DNA of 63,165 nt, filler included, from Collodictyon triciliatum (Eukaryota): NCBI GenBank assembly GCA_043381765.1. It is 4 parts of 4 records of this genome, joined end to end, with 100 filler letters (N's around TTAATTAATTAA, not from the genome) between each part and the next. Parts side by side here need not be neighbours in the genome. Positions count along the whole stretch, not along the records: positions 1 to 20,254 come from JBHJMP010001247.1; 3 more parts are not named here. One strand, 5' to 3'. Shown here piece after piece: positions 1-18,480 of the stretch. The notes under the pieces are model-generated. The model made no database searches. It was not told the DNA's origin and saw nothing but the letters and a program-made list of their open reading frames with translations. The first letter of the stretch is position 1. Each line of letters starts with the position of its first letter. Position numbers and translations under genes: made by a program.

Positions 1-184
1 AAAAAAAAAGAGAAAAAAAAAAGAGAAAAAAAAAAGAAAAATAAAAAGAGAAATAAAAAAGAGAAATAAAAAAGAGAAATAAAAAAGAGAAATAAAAAAG
101 AGAAATAAAAAAGAGAAATAAAAAAGAGAAATAAAAAAAGAGAAATAAAAAAAGAGAAATAAAAAAAGAGAAATAAAAAAAGAG

Positions 185-251
<67 letters not shown>

Positions 252-345
252 AGAGAAATAAAAAAAAGAGAAATAAAAAAAAGAGAAATAAAAAAAAGAG
301 AAATAAAAAAAAGAGAAATAAAAAAAGAGAAATAAAAGAGAGAGG
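1..345. repeat. A-rich simple repeat (A6-8GAGAAAT units and poly-A) in agmatine deiminase intron 2
   Basis: Tandem units visible directly. Confidence 0.95.
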
Positions 346-371
346 GAGAGAGACGCAGAAAAAGGAAGAAC

Positions 372-1550
372 CTGTGTGCGGTAGAGCGGGGTGGGCTGGT
401 GGACCTTGTGGACAACAAAGGGGCGGCCGTGGGCGTCTGTCTGGGAGGCGAGGGCGTCGAGGGCGAGGCGGCTGTGCTCGTGCTGGGGGTCTGCGGGGTC
501 GTCTGTCCAGAGCAGGGCCACGACGCCCGGGCGCACAAACATGGCGATGTTGTCGACGTGGCCGTTTGTGTCGTGGTCGCCGTAGACGCCGCGGGGCAGC
601 CAGACGACCTTTGCGGCGCCGGTGTAGCGGCACAGGCCGTGGGCAATCTGCTCGCGCGTCAGGGCCGGGTTGCGGTTGGGATGCAGCAGACACTCCTCCG
701 TGGTCAGGATGGTGCCCTGCCCATCGCTGTGGATGCTGCCGCCCTCCAGCACAAAGGGTGCGCGGTATCGCCCGACGCCCAGCGCAGACAGCAGCCGCGA
801 GGCCAGCGCGTCGTCCTCCGCCCACGACTCGTAGCATCCGCCCTCCGCCCCGCCCCACGCGTTGAACTCCCAGTCCACCCCACGCACGGCCCCATCTCCG
901 CCCACCACAAACGTCGGCCCCATGTCCCGCGTCCAACAGTCGTCCGTCTCAAACACCGCAAAGTCCACCTTCTCCACCCCGCACAGCGCCCCGCGTGCAC
1001 TCGCTTCCTGCTTGCTGCTCACAATCACAGAGACCGGCTCGAATCTGTGTGATGTTTGTGATGTTTGTGATGTTTGTGATGTTTGTGATGTTTGTGATGT
1101 TTGTGATGTTTGTGATGCTTGTGATGCTTGTGATGTTTGTGATGTTTGTGATGTTTGTGATGTTTGTGATGTTTGTGATGTTTGTGATGTTTGTGATGTT
1201 TGTGATGTTTGTGATGTTTGTGATGTTTGTGATATTTGTTTAGTTTGTTTAGTTTGTTTTTCGATGTTTAGTTTGTGATATTTATGTCTAGAAAGGGGGT
1301 TTCTTCTCTTTTCTGCCCCTTTTTTTTTTTAATTGGCAAAAGGATCTGCAAAATAAGTTGCTGCCGAGGGCCACACGCACCTGGCAATGGCCTTGATCAC
1401 CTCCACGAAAGTTTGCTGTGCAGGCTCGCCTTTGCAGCGCCAGTTGTCTGGTCGGTGTGGCCAAGTGATCCAGCAGCGCGTTTGCGGCTCGAACTCGCCC
1501 GGCATAAAGAACCCGTCCTTGTCCGGCGTGCCTTCCAGGGCGGTGGTCAT
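372..1550 (-). CDS. aguA: Agmatine deiminase (peptidyl-arginine deiminase family); exons 1550-1381 and 1044-372, 3' end lies beyond the window
   Basis: The spliced translation [23 protein letters not shown]...IAR|FEPV...[12 protein letters not shown]...DWEFNAWGG...[28 protein letters not shown]...WLPRG...DTNGHVDN carries the AguA motifs. GT-AG intron at 1380-1045 and a second donor at 371. The catalytic Cys region is absent from the window. Confidence 0.93.
1047..1233. repeat. (TGTGATGTT)n 9-mer tandem repeat in agmatine deiminase intron 1
   Basis: About 20 near-perfect copies, ending next to the acceptor at 1045-1046. Confidence 0.95.
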
Positions 1551-1709
1551 TGTGCGTCGTCCCTCTGTCTGCGTGTTTGTTGTGGTTGTTGCGGGTTTTT
1601 GTGGGGGTCTTTTATAGAGTCCGGGGTTTAAAGATTATGCTGCGGTTGGGCGTGGTTGTGTGGGATGGTCGGAGGGGAAGAGGAGAGGCAGAGGCTGGGG
1701 AGAAGCCAC

Positions 1710-5298
<3,589 letters not shown>

Positions 5299-6384
5299 TC
5301 TGCCCGGTTAGACAGTGGTATATGTCAAGGTAATTTTATACAGGAAATAATAATAAATAAAAAAAAAAAAGAAAAGATAACAGGGAATGTTAGGAAAAGA
5401 AGAAAACAAAAAGAAGAAAAAGATTTTTGTCTTTGTTCCTTTCAGGCATGAAACTCACTAATTTCTCCTGGGCACTGTTGATATTTTCCAACAAACTAAA
5501 AAGATTGTTTCGTAGTGATACTGACAAGGACAAAGCGAAAGGAAGAGGTAGCAAAGAAGAAAATAAAAACAAAAACAAAAACAAAAAACTAGTTCCAGAG
5601 CCGAATAAATATTAAGATGGTTGGGATAAGAGCGGACAAACAAATTGCTTTCCTGGGGGATAATGCAGGCAACAAAGCCACCACAGACATGGTTACAAAG
5701 TCCTTCTTTATCTACCTCTACTTGTAAAGTGGGGAGTTGTTGGATTGCCAGGTTTCCCCTATTCATCGTACTTTTTTTTTTTTTTTTGATGAGTCGGCAA
5801 CTTCTTGTGATTCCAACCACATCCATCACCAGCGATTGTTTGATTTGTTTGTGGAAAAAGGCACCGTGGAATATGCAGTGAATAGATCTATTTAGAGCAT
5901 GAAAAAATATAACAAGTCATAATCATATATGTGTATCAATACTATTATATGTGTATTATATTTTCCTTATGTACATATTTAATGCAAATTTTGACTTATT
6001 TTTATTATAAATTCCATAAATATATATTATTTTTGGAATGTATAATAAAAACATTTTTTGTAATATATTGTAACTAAAATAACTAAATAAATACTATTTA
6101 ATACGTGAATATGCTATATATAGATATAAATAAATAAACAAAAACTTCGACTGTGGTCTCGCCTAACACAAACACAAACCACACTCCCATTTTAGATTTG
6201 TACTAGCAACAGCGAGAACTTTCGTGCCCTGCCCCGCTATAAAGAAGCTCTTCGCTTGGTTGCTGCCGACAGATTGCTTGCTGGATCAGAACATCCACAG
6301 TGACGCAACATCCACTCGACGCTCGTCACCAGAGACTCAGCACCGGTTCAAAAGCGTGAAACATCCAACCCCGCCTCGCACGAA

Positions 6385-9363
<2,979 letters not shown>

Positions 9364-9475
9364 AAGATGCACGAGCCCACATAAAGGACGACGCATTCGC
9401 TGCGGAGCGATGGAACCATGGAGGCGCAGCGAAAGAAAGAAAGGAGGGAATGGGAATGGGAATGGAGCTGCAGGT

Positions 9476-12400
9476 TCATTTTGGGGGGGCGGAGTGGGGC
9501 TCGTGGGAGTATGCGAGGAGGTGCCTGTGCGAGGCGTCGGGACAGGCGGGGCCGCGCGTGCAGGGGATGAGGATGTCGGGCCAGGAAGGGTGGGCGCAGG
9601 CCTCTCTGTGGGCGGCGTCGCGGATGCGCGTGCAGCGGGGGCCGTCGGGGCAGGCGGGCAGGCCGACGTGGAAGAAGCTGGCGCAGTGCTCGGCGTTGCG
9701 CGCAGACAGCTCCCGGCATCCTCCGCCGAAGCGGCACGGGTGCGAGAACTCCCGCTGGTGGGCGGTGGCGCCGCTGCTGCTGTTGTACGCCCATGCACAG
9801 CGCTTGCCGGCCGGGCATACGGGCAGCTGTGGTTGTGGCTGTGGTTGTGGCAGTGATTGTGGTTGTGATTGTGGTTGTGGCTGTGATTGTGGAAGTGATT
9901 GTGGTTGTGGCTGTGATTGTGGAAGTGATTGTGATTGCGGCAGTGATTGTGGTTGTGATTGTGGCAGTGATTGTGGCTGTGGCTGTGGCTCGGGTGGCAG
10001 GATGCAGACGTCGGCAAAGGCGGCAGGGGCGGCGGCGCAGGCAAAGGCCACGTGCGTCAGGCCGAGGGCCGCGGGCAGGGTGTGGCGCAGGACGGCGCGG
10101 GGCGCAGGACGTCGAGGGTGCGGGCGATGGCTGTGGCTGTGGCTGTGGCCGCGTGTGGCTGTGGCTGTGGCTGTGGCTGCGCGTGGCCGTCCAGCAGGAA
10201 GACGCCTCCGCCCTCTGCGCGCGCCGCGTGGCGGAAGACCAGGGTCAGTGCGCAGCGCGTCGGGGTGTGGAGATGCAGCAGGAAGCAGGCGGCCGTGGCG
10301 CGGAAGCAGACGCGTCCCTGGTCTGCCGCCCCAAAGGCCTGCGGCACATCTGCCGGCCCGGACTGCGGCCCCACGCAGAAGCCGAAGCCCCGCGGCAGAC
10401 GACCCGGCCCACTCGCGCAATCTGCTGCTGCCCGGCCCACGTCGCCCGTCGCCGCAGACGCACTCCGCTCCGCTGCTCCCTGCCGCGCCTCCGTCTGCTG
10501 CAGCACGCTGCGCTCAAACGCCCCCCAGAAGCACATCTCCAGCTGCCTCTTCGACTGCATCGGCACCCGCATCCACACGTCCTGCGTGTGTGCAAATTCT
10601 GTGCTTAGCTTATGCGATTATGTATGTCTATATCCGTATCTATATCTATATCAGTATCTATATCCGTATCTATATCTATATCAGTATCTATATCAGTATC
10701 TATATCAGTATCTATATCAGTATCTATATCAGTATCTATATCAATATCTATATCAGTATCTATATCAGTATCTATATCTATTTCTGTATCTATATCTATA
10801 GCTGTATTTGTATATATATCTGCGCTTATGCGTTTGGGGGTGGTTGGAATGGAAATTGCGGGAGGCATTGTTTGTTAACAGTTGTAATACCTTGGGCATG
10901 ACGACCTTGTCCACCAGCGACGCGGGAGTGAAGGAGGGGAGATAGCAGCATGGGAGAAAGTGTGTGTCGATTCGGCCTCGTGCGGCTGCAAAGCTTTCTT
11001 GGCTGCTGCAATCGTGTCCTTTGTTTCTGAGGAATGCAACCGTTTCTGAGGTCACCCTCCGGTCCCAGTTATCGTCAACGGCTCGGACCTTGTACTTGTC
11101 GAATAGAGCTCTTCCTTTTTCTTTGTGCTCTGAAATCCATGGTCGTTCGTCATTTATCTTACCGTTATAAAAAACAGAGCTTGCTGCTGGTGCGATGAAT
11201 GCGTCAGGATGATAGAGAACTTCAGGCTTGAAGACAATCGCAAGGGGCCATATTCAGCTCCCTTATTGAAAATTCGGATGAGAGAGGGGGGGTTTTTTTT
11301 TATTTTTTTGAATACGATTTTGTTAAAACAAAAGTATGCTTTTTTTTCTTAGAGATTTTGGTAGTTGCAGCATACAATAAACAACCATATTCAATAATAA
11401 AAAAAAATTACGTTGATTTATTTGCATTTTTTTTTGCTTAAATAATTTTTTGAAAAAAAAGAAAAAAAAAGAGAAATGCATAAACCTATCGATTATACAA
11501 GTATTTGACAAGAACTCTATTAATTAAAGATATTTTGATAAAAATATTACCATATGCGCGCCAAGTGTACAAAACAAATGTTTATCAGTCCCCATTTGAA
11601 CGTCTATTTGACTACATTCATTTGCCAGATCTCCCAGTGAACCTCCCGTTACTCTGTATATGCCAACCACCGCCTCTTCAACTTCGGATATATTCTCCTG
11701 CGAAATACCTTGACCAAGGCATGTCTTTTGGATTTTCTGAAGTTTCTCTGCATTCTTTCGCAACAAAGCTGGGGTGTCTCTTCCACTAGCAGGAAAGAGC
11801 TCCGACATAGCCATAATTGCTCGGTGTTCTATAAGGTTATGCAAAGCCTCTGCTCTTGACCAGACACGTTCCAGTGTATCTTGCGATTTTTTCTCAATAA
11901 TAGACTGAACAAACGCTTGCCCTGCCAATGCCAGAGTAATCATATTTGGTTCCAGTAGTTGCTTAACCGCACCCGGTGCTACAATTAGCCCACACGAAGC
12001 ATAATACTGGAACGATGCAACAGTACAGCGATAAACAGGCCTTTGTCTTTTCATGAACGGAAATATCATTGGATTGATTGGTTGCACAGAGTGTGACGAG
12101 AAAACTCTTTCGCATGACGCCATGTTGTTGAGAAAGGGGATGTCATGTTTGGTCATTTCACTGTGAAAATTCAAAATATCTGGAACTTCGTGTGAGTAGT
12201 CTATGCAATGGGCCTTGTTGTTCTTATCTGAGCATCTTGTGCCTTGGGAGCATTTTGGTCGAAAATCACGCATGCCAAGGTGAGAATACTCCAAACAATG
12301 GTAATCATCGATAATTTGAGTACACTCCTTTCTATCCTTGCAATTAGGGCGCATCACATGAACAAGTCTTTTTATATGCTCTGGATTTTTCGAGTCTCTG

Positions 12401-15400
12401 CAAAATTGGCCCCAACAACAAATATGAGAATACTCTGAAAGATGCCTTGTATCAGACAGAAGTGGGCAGCCGGATAGAGACATGTTGCAAATAGGAAGAA
12501 AGGGATGGCTGAATTCATCGCAATGGCTTATGTCGTTGTAAAGGGGGCAAAAAGTTCCGTCTGGGCATGTCCTAAAAATGTGTCTAAAATTAGAAATGTG
12601 TTCTCGGTTTTCCATATCTTTGCATTTATGGCCATGACAACACTCTGGTAAGTGCAGAAAATCTTCCAAATGGGATTGCTCAATGTTTTTGCAACATCCT
12701 TTCATTTCACATTCAGGCGGATGGATGAAAAATCTGCAATGTCTTTGGTCTCTCCAGTCACCACACAAGCCTTTATAACGACATTCTGTAGAGTGAACCC
12801 ATAGCTCATAGTGTACTGCATCCTCTGTTTCGTTACACGAATCTCTGAATGGGCACATGCGCGGATGTGAATACTTTGAAATATGTGATTCTTCTCTGTT
12901 TCTGCAATGCACCCCCAGGTGACAGGGAGATTCATACGGAGAGACTTGAGCACAAAAGACTTGTATAATTGGCTTCAAGACAAGTTCCTTCTTAAAGATG
13001 TCGATAATTCCATCAGATGTTTCTTTTTCATTAGTGATCTTATGCTCTGATATTGAAAATATGATTTTCGAAAAAAACCCACCAAATTCTTTTAAACACT
13101 CACGAAATATTTTGGAGACAAGTTGTGTGGGGCCGCCAAAGTTCATACAGCCAAAATCATTTAAAATAATAACGTTGTGACTATATTTTACAGCCACAGA
13201 AAGTATGAGTCGAATTTTGTGCCCTGTTTCTCTAATAAATGAATTTTTCTTTTCCTCATCAGAGATGTCAGGAAATTCAAAAGGCGCGGCTGCTAAAAAG
13301 TCCATCAGAAAAGGAGTTTCCCTATATTCGTATCCATTACATTCTCCATTTCTGAAAATGGTAATTCCGGGCGAGTAAATCACTTTGTGATGTTTTAAGC
13401 TGTCTGGCGTTTCACCTTCGTATTCTGCATATTTTGCCCCAAATGCATGGATTGCCATACAGTAGTTTGACTGCCGAAAAATCATATCTTGTTGTGATGC
13501 TCCTCCTGTTCGGTATCCCATTCCATCAAGGCTTGTATTAGATGTGTTCAAGATGAGTGGTTTCGCGCCATCTCTCATAATAGAGTATGCCAGTTCAAGG
13601 CAATCTTGATGTGAAATCTCCACATCTACGCGCTGCCCAACTGCTCTTTGTGGGACTGCTGCATCATAAATAGATTCAAATGAGATGTAATTGCGAGGTT
13701 GTGGTATCAATACCTTTACACCAGAAGGTGAAATGAAAAAACCGGCTCTACAAGCTTCGATTGTGCTGGCCATGGCTATAATACGAAGAATTGCTAGCTT
13801 TGATGCTCCTTCTGGTCTACGTATCCCACCAAATACTTGATGGTGCTTTTGATATGGATAATACATATCATATAAATGCATCCATAATTTATGATTCCAT
13901 CGGCAATCAATTACTCGATTTCCATTCAGGATGTCATCCAGTATCACATCTGGCTTTATTGCGTCGAACCATGATTGAACAAAAAATTCAACTTGATTCT
14001 CAGGGCACACCTTTTCAACATCAATTTCTTTTCCATCAGAAAAGGCAACCACTCCAAGTTTCGAAAGTTCTTCAGCCTTTTTTGCAGATATTACTGATAT
14101 GTAAAATCGGCCTCTTTCCTCTTTAAGTCGGTACGGAGCATCTTTTAATGCCTTTGATGTGGATAATTGGGCTGTAAAATGATTTGTATTTTGGTTGAAC
14201 AGCCGTGGGATCTTGTAGCAGGCAAATAGTATGGGTGCTGCTGACAGTATATCAAATTCTTGGAAATTAATAGTAATACGATTCAATACTTGGGTTGTTT
14301 GGAAATCAATCAGCTCTTTAAAATAAACTACAGCGAATAGGTTCGTGCTATCGATGTCAATATATTTAGTCATGATGCCTTCACTTCTAAAAGAGGTTTC
14401 AATCATCTTGATGGATATACCAGAAGTTACCCCGTCAAGGAACAAATGAAAACAATCATGACTTGTAGTCAACTGGGATTCACTGCCAGGCAATCGAATA
14501 TTTTCTTGAAGTAACTTAATTGCATTCTCTATAGTTTCCATGTATACTCGACACACATTAGTTGATATCCTTAAAGTCATAATGGCACCACATTTGGCTG
14601 TTATTTTGGTGCATAGATCAGGGTCTTGACTGCTGAGCGAATCGAGAAAAATCAGTACGCGAATGGGGTAGATTTCAAACAAATGTAAATCGGTATCAGG
14701 CAGTTGTAAAAGCTGACCAGAAGCGGGAGAGGAAGCGGTCATATGCGATATTCTTGCCATTTGTAGTAAATCAAAATATTCAATCTTTGCACCTGTAAAC
14801 CTATCGGATATTTTTTTGGATAGAGGTATGGATGCACGTTCATAATATCCCTCAGAAATGTGTGGTAAATAAAAAATATCACTAGAAATTCTTTTCAAGA
14901 GAACAACCGGATACTGATCTATGCCGATATCAATAATGAAATTACCAGAAATATGGGATTTAATTGATGGTGGGCATTCAAAAATTACGCATGAAAATGG
15001 TCTCCCACCGATACATTTCATGTCATTTTTTGTTTTTCCAAATATATTTAAATTTTCCACTACATTCTCCCACTTTTCAAATGGAACATTTTCGATCGAA
15101 AGATAGTAATGGCTGATGGCCTAAAAATAGTGTACCATTTTATAAATAATAAATCAATCGCTCTATTATTACATCTAATTTTTGCATGAATGTGAATAAC
15201 CTGTTTTGTATGAAAATGGCTGAATTCTTGTACACGAGCTTCTTTTTCTGATTCTCTGTGAATCTGTTGAGGGTTAATGGCGAGGTGGCCACCTTCGATG
15301 TGATAATGGGCGTTATATTGATAAGTATTTCTTTCATAGCCATGTTCTATATAATTTATTGGATGCTGAAAGTGATGATGTTGTGGTTGATTCAACAGAT

Positions 15401-17172
15401 GTTGCAGATTTTGGTGTTGAAAATATTGATTTGTAGGATATGAAGGCTGTATTTGATTCATGTTTGGCGCTGGTACATTTTGGGGTAGTTGGTGCATATT
15501 TGGCTGCACTGGGACTTGTGGTTGAATAAATGTCGGCTGAAATGTGCCATGGTGTTGTTGGTTTCGTGGAAACGTATTTTGGAAATTGAACTGGGAAAAA
15601 AAAATATGATAATAAATAGTTAGTGATGCAATACTCGAAAGTGGTCTGTCATTTGTTACGTCATAGAATATGTTTCATTATTCCAAAAATAATACTCGGT
15701 TTGTTAGGGATGAGAAAATAGATGAATACAAAATAGATTTATTTTGAGTGGGTATTTATGATTATGGAATTAAAATAGTGATAAAGATAATTTTGTGATA
15801 CAAGATTATTTTTTTTTAAAAAAAACACAAATTTAGGGCGATCTAAATCATATTATGTATGAATTGGATCTAAGAATATATAAAAGGTGATAAAAAAGCG
15901 GAAATCACTAGTTCTAAAATTTATAAGATCGTAAAAAAACGTAATACCCCGTGATAGTGTGAGTGTTCGTCTAAAATACAGAATAGCTGCGATATATCAA
16001 TGGCATCAGTACATGACACCTAATAAAAATGACGTTATTTCGATAGTCAATCAAAATTGCTATATTTAAATGAATCCAGTAGTAATCGTTAAATGATGCA
16101 TATATGTATTGTTACAGAAGGAATTTTTTTGTTGATTTCAAATAGAGTCCCAAGCGCGGTCTCATGGACTTGTACAATGGTCACTCTGTACTGCCGGATA
16201 GTTTTCAGTGACTCATAATGCACATAATTGCGAAGTTGTATTCCTATTTGATCGTCGCTTAATTCTCCCAAACCCAACAGAAATACCAACCAGTTACATG
16301 ACCTGTTACCCAGCCACCGAACGGGACGGAACTATATAATTACATTATTCATAAACTAAAAAAGTAAAATAAACAGAAGCAGAATCAGAGGCAGAAACAG
16401 AAACAGAAACAGAAACAGAAACAGAAGCAGAAACATAAACATAAACATAAACAGAAACAGAAACAGAAAAAGAAACAGAAAAAGAAACAGAAAAAGAAAC
16501 AGAAAAAGAAACAGAAAAAGAAACAGAAAAAGAAACAGAAAAAGAAACAGAAAAAGAAACAGAAAAAGAAACAGAAAAAGAAACAGAAGAAACAGAAGAA
16601 AAGAACAGAAAGAACAGAAAAAGAAAACAGAAAAAGAAAACAGAAACAGAAAAAAGAAACGACAAAAGAAAAGAAAAGAAACAGAAAAAGAAACAGAAAA
16701 AGAAACAGAAAAAGAAACAGAAAAAGAAACAGAAAAAGAAACAGAAAAAGAAACAGAAAAAGAAACAGAAAAAGAAACAACAGAAAAAGAAAAGAAAAAG
16801 AAAAATGAATAAACAGTGAGATAAAAAATATGGATAGGGATGAGTGAAAAATATTCTTTTAATTGAGGTACTCACGCGATTAGTTGGAACAGTATTGGGG
16901 TATGTGGTGGCCACCGCAGCAAAATATTCTCTCATTTGCCCCACGGCTAAAAAGGGCGCTATGGAAAACCCCATCGCATTCAGTTCTGCGTGCGTTTGAT
17001 CATGAACGCGCGAATTGGGGAAGAACACAAAGACAGTCGGGCCCGCCTTGCTGGACTCGCCTCCGTTGTACATGCTGTCGATCTTACAAGATGACACACT
17101 CGTAGAAAGTGCAAGGGGTGAATATGGCCGAAGCGCACCCGCACACCCACAGAGAAGCTGGTTAAGTGCCAT
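9476..17172 (-). CDS. About 2000-aa protein: RRM-like segments, degenerate microbial-PARG-type (DUF2263/TIGR02452-like) macrodomain, 10 PBZ-like zinc fingers, an unknown (possibly ART-fold) domain and 4 more PBZ-like fingers; two apparent 1-nt frameshifts in the 3' part
   Basis: Exons 17172-16876, 16331-16113, 15590-15201, 15120-11551, about 11261-10891 and 10608-9476 are joined by GT-AG introns. Macrodomain motifs: [40 protein letters not shown]...[14 protein letters not shown]...IFREC...FSKIIFSI. Repeated C-x5-C-x6/7-H-x5-H fingers. Confidence 0.75.
10625..10800. repeat. (TATCAGTATCTA)n repeat in the last intron of the PBZ gene
   Basis: Visible tandem repeat. Confidence 0.9.
16372..16800. 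repeat. (AGAAAC)n and (AGAAAAAGAAAC)n intronic repeat
   Basis: Visible tandem repeat. Confidence 0.9.
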
Positions 17173-17555
17173 GCAAAATGATCAGTCAAGCGTTTCGATG
17201 CAAGCGGTGTCCAAAGGAATGACTCTGGTTGACTGCCATGGAGTTGGCCTTGTGCCATCTGGCTGGTTGCAGGAAACGACGCAGCATTGGCCGATGTTGT
17301 CGTGTTTAAAAATAAAAATAAGATCATGTAAAAAAATGATGCATCACTGATAATTTATGAGGGTTGTATGGCTGGCTGTACACGCTCCTACAGGAAAGTC
17401 ATTCGGAGAATTGCACGTCATCGGCTTTCTGTCCGTTCTGCCACTCTGTAGTGGAGGGTATAAGCATGGCTTTTTTTTTGGGTGCTGAAGGCGAGTTCTG
17501 GATTGGCTTCTCGATAGACATCCGCTGCAGCTTCTTTGATATGGATGGTATACAA

Positions 17556-17638
17556 TAAAAGATAAAAGATAAAAGATAAAAGATAAAAGATAAAAGATAA
17601 AAGATAAAAGATAAAAGATAAAAGATAAAAGATAAAAG
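17556..17638. repeat. (AAAAGAT)n 7-mer repeat
   Basis: Visible tandem repeat. Confidence 0.9.
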
Positions 17639-18480
17639 AACACAGTCTCCTACGATTTTCGGAGATTTTTCATGTACACTATCTACAAAATATGAACATT
17701 TCTGTTGGATTGCAATTCTAGATATCTGAATATTGCGCTACAAGGGCTATATCTTTTTGCTTTTTCAAAATCATGAAACTTTTTTCTGTGTCGTTGCCGC
17801 AGTAGTTTTGAAGCATCGATTTACATGTGGTATTTGTAAAGGGATTATTTCGTCTAATCATTCTCTTCGCAAATACGGAGCAATAATGTAGAATAAAGTA
17901 TTTCATAGGTTAGATGCTCTTTTCCATATTTCTTCGAATACACTTAAATTTGTTTTTAAATAATTAAAATGAGATTTGGACAACAGAACTGGACTTTAAA
18001 AATAGTATTCAAAGTGAGCAGGCATAAGGAATCGAAACGCGAGGAAGACGGAATGGAATACATCAAATGAAATTAGAATATACAGTAAATCCATTGTAAA
18101 TAAAGTATGCTGTTACGCACTGGGTGCTCATAGCTGAAAGAATCAAGGCTAAGAAGACCTTTGCAAAGTCCATAGCACAGGACGAAAATCTCACTCGCGG
18201 ACTAAAAAAATGAAATGCATCGCTCTTTGCACACGTTTCCCTGGTAGGTGCAGAGTCACAGAAACCAGATTAGAAACCAGCAAATATACTTGTTTGGTGC
18301 ATATTATAATATACTTGTACAATTGACAATCTTTTATTGCACTGCATAATGACCAAGAATCAAGTAAGCGCATGTTGTTATATTTTCCGTATTTAGAAGA
18401 GCCACACACAAAAGCCGAGAACTTGCGAGTGAATCACCAATCAAACACAACTACTGATCGTCATTGTCCGCCCTTCACAA

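Noticed and set aside
862-1278. ORF with (CDV)n resembling a metal-binding repeat protein
   Set aside because: It is the translation of an intronic 9-mer repeat antisense to agmatine deiminase.
17182-17184. In-frame TGA just upstream of the PBZ gene start, suggesting readthrough or codon reassignment
   Set aside because: TGA ends TM9SF, the TEN1-like gene and the channel, and the upstream frame shows no recognisable homology.
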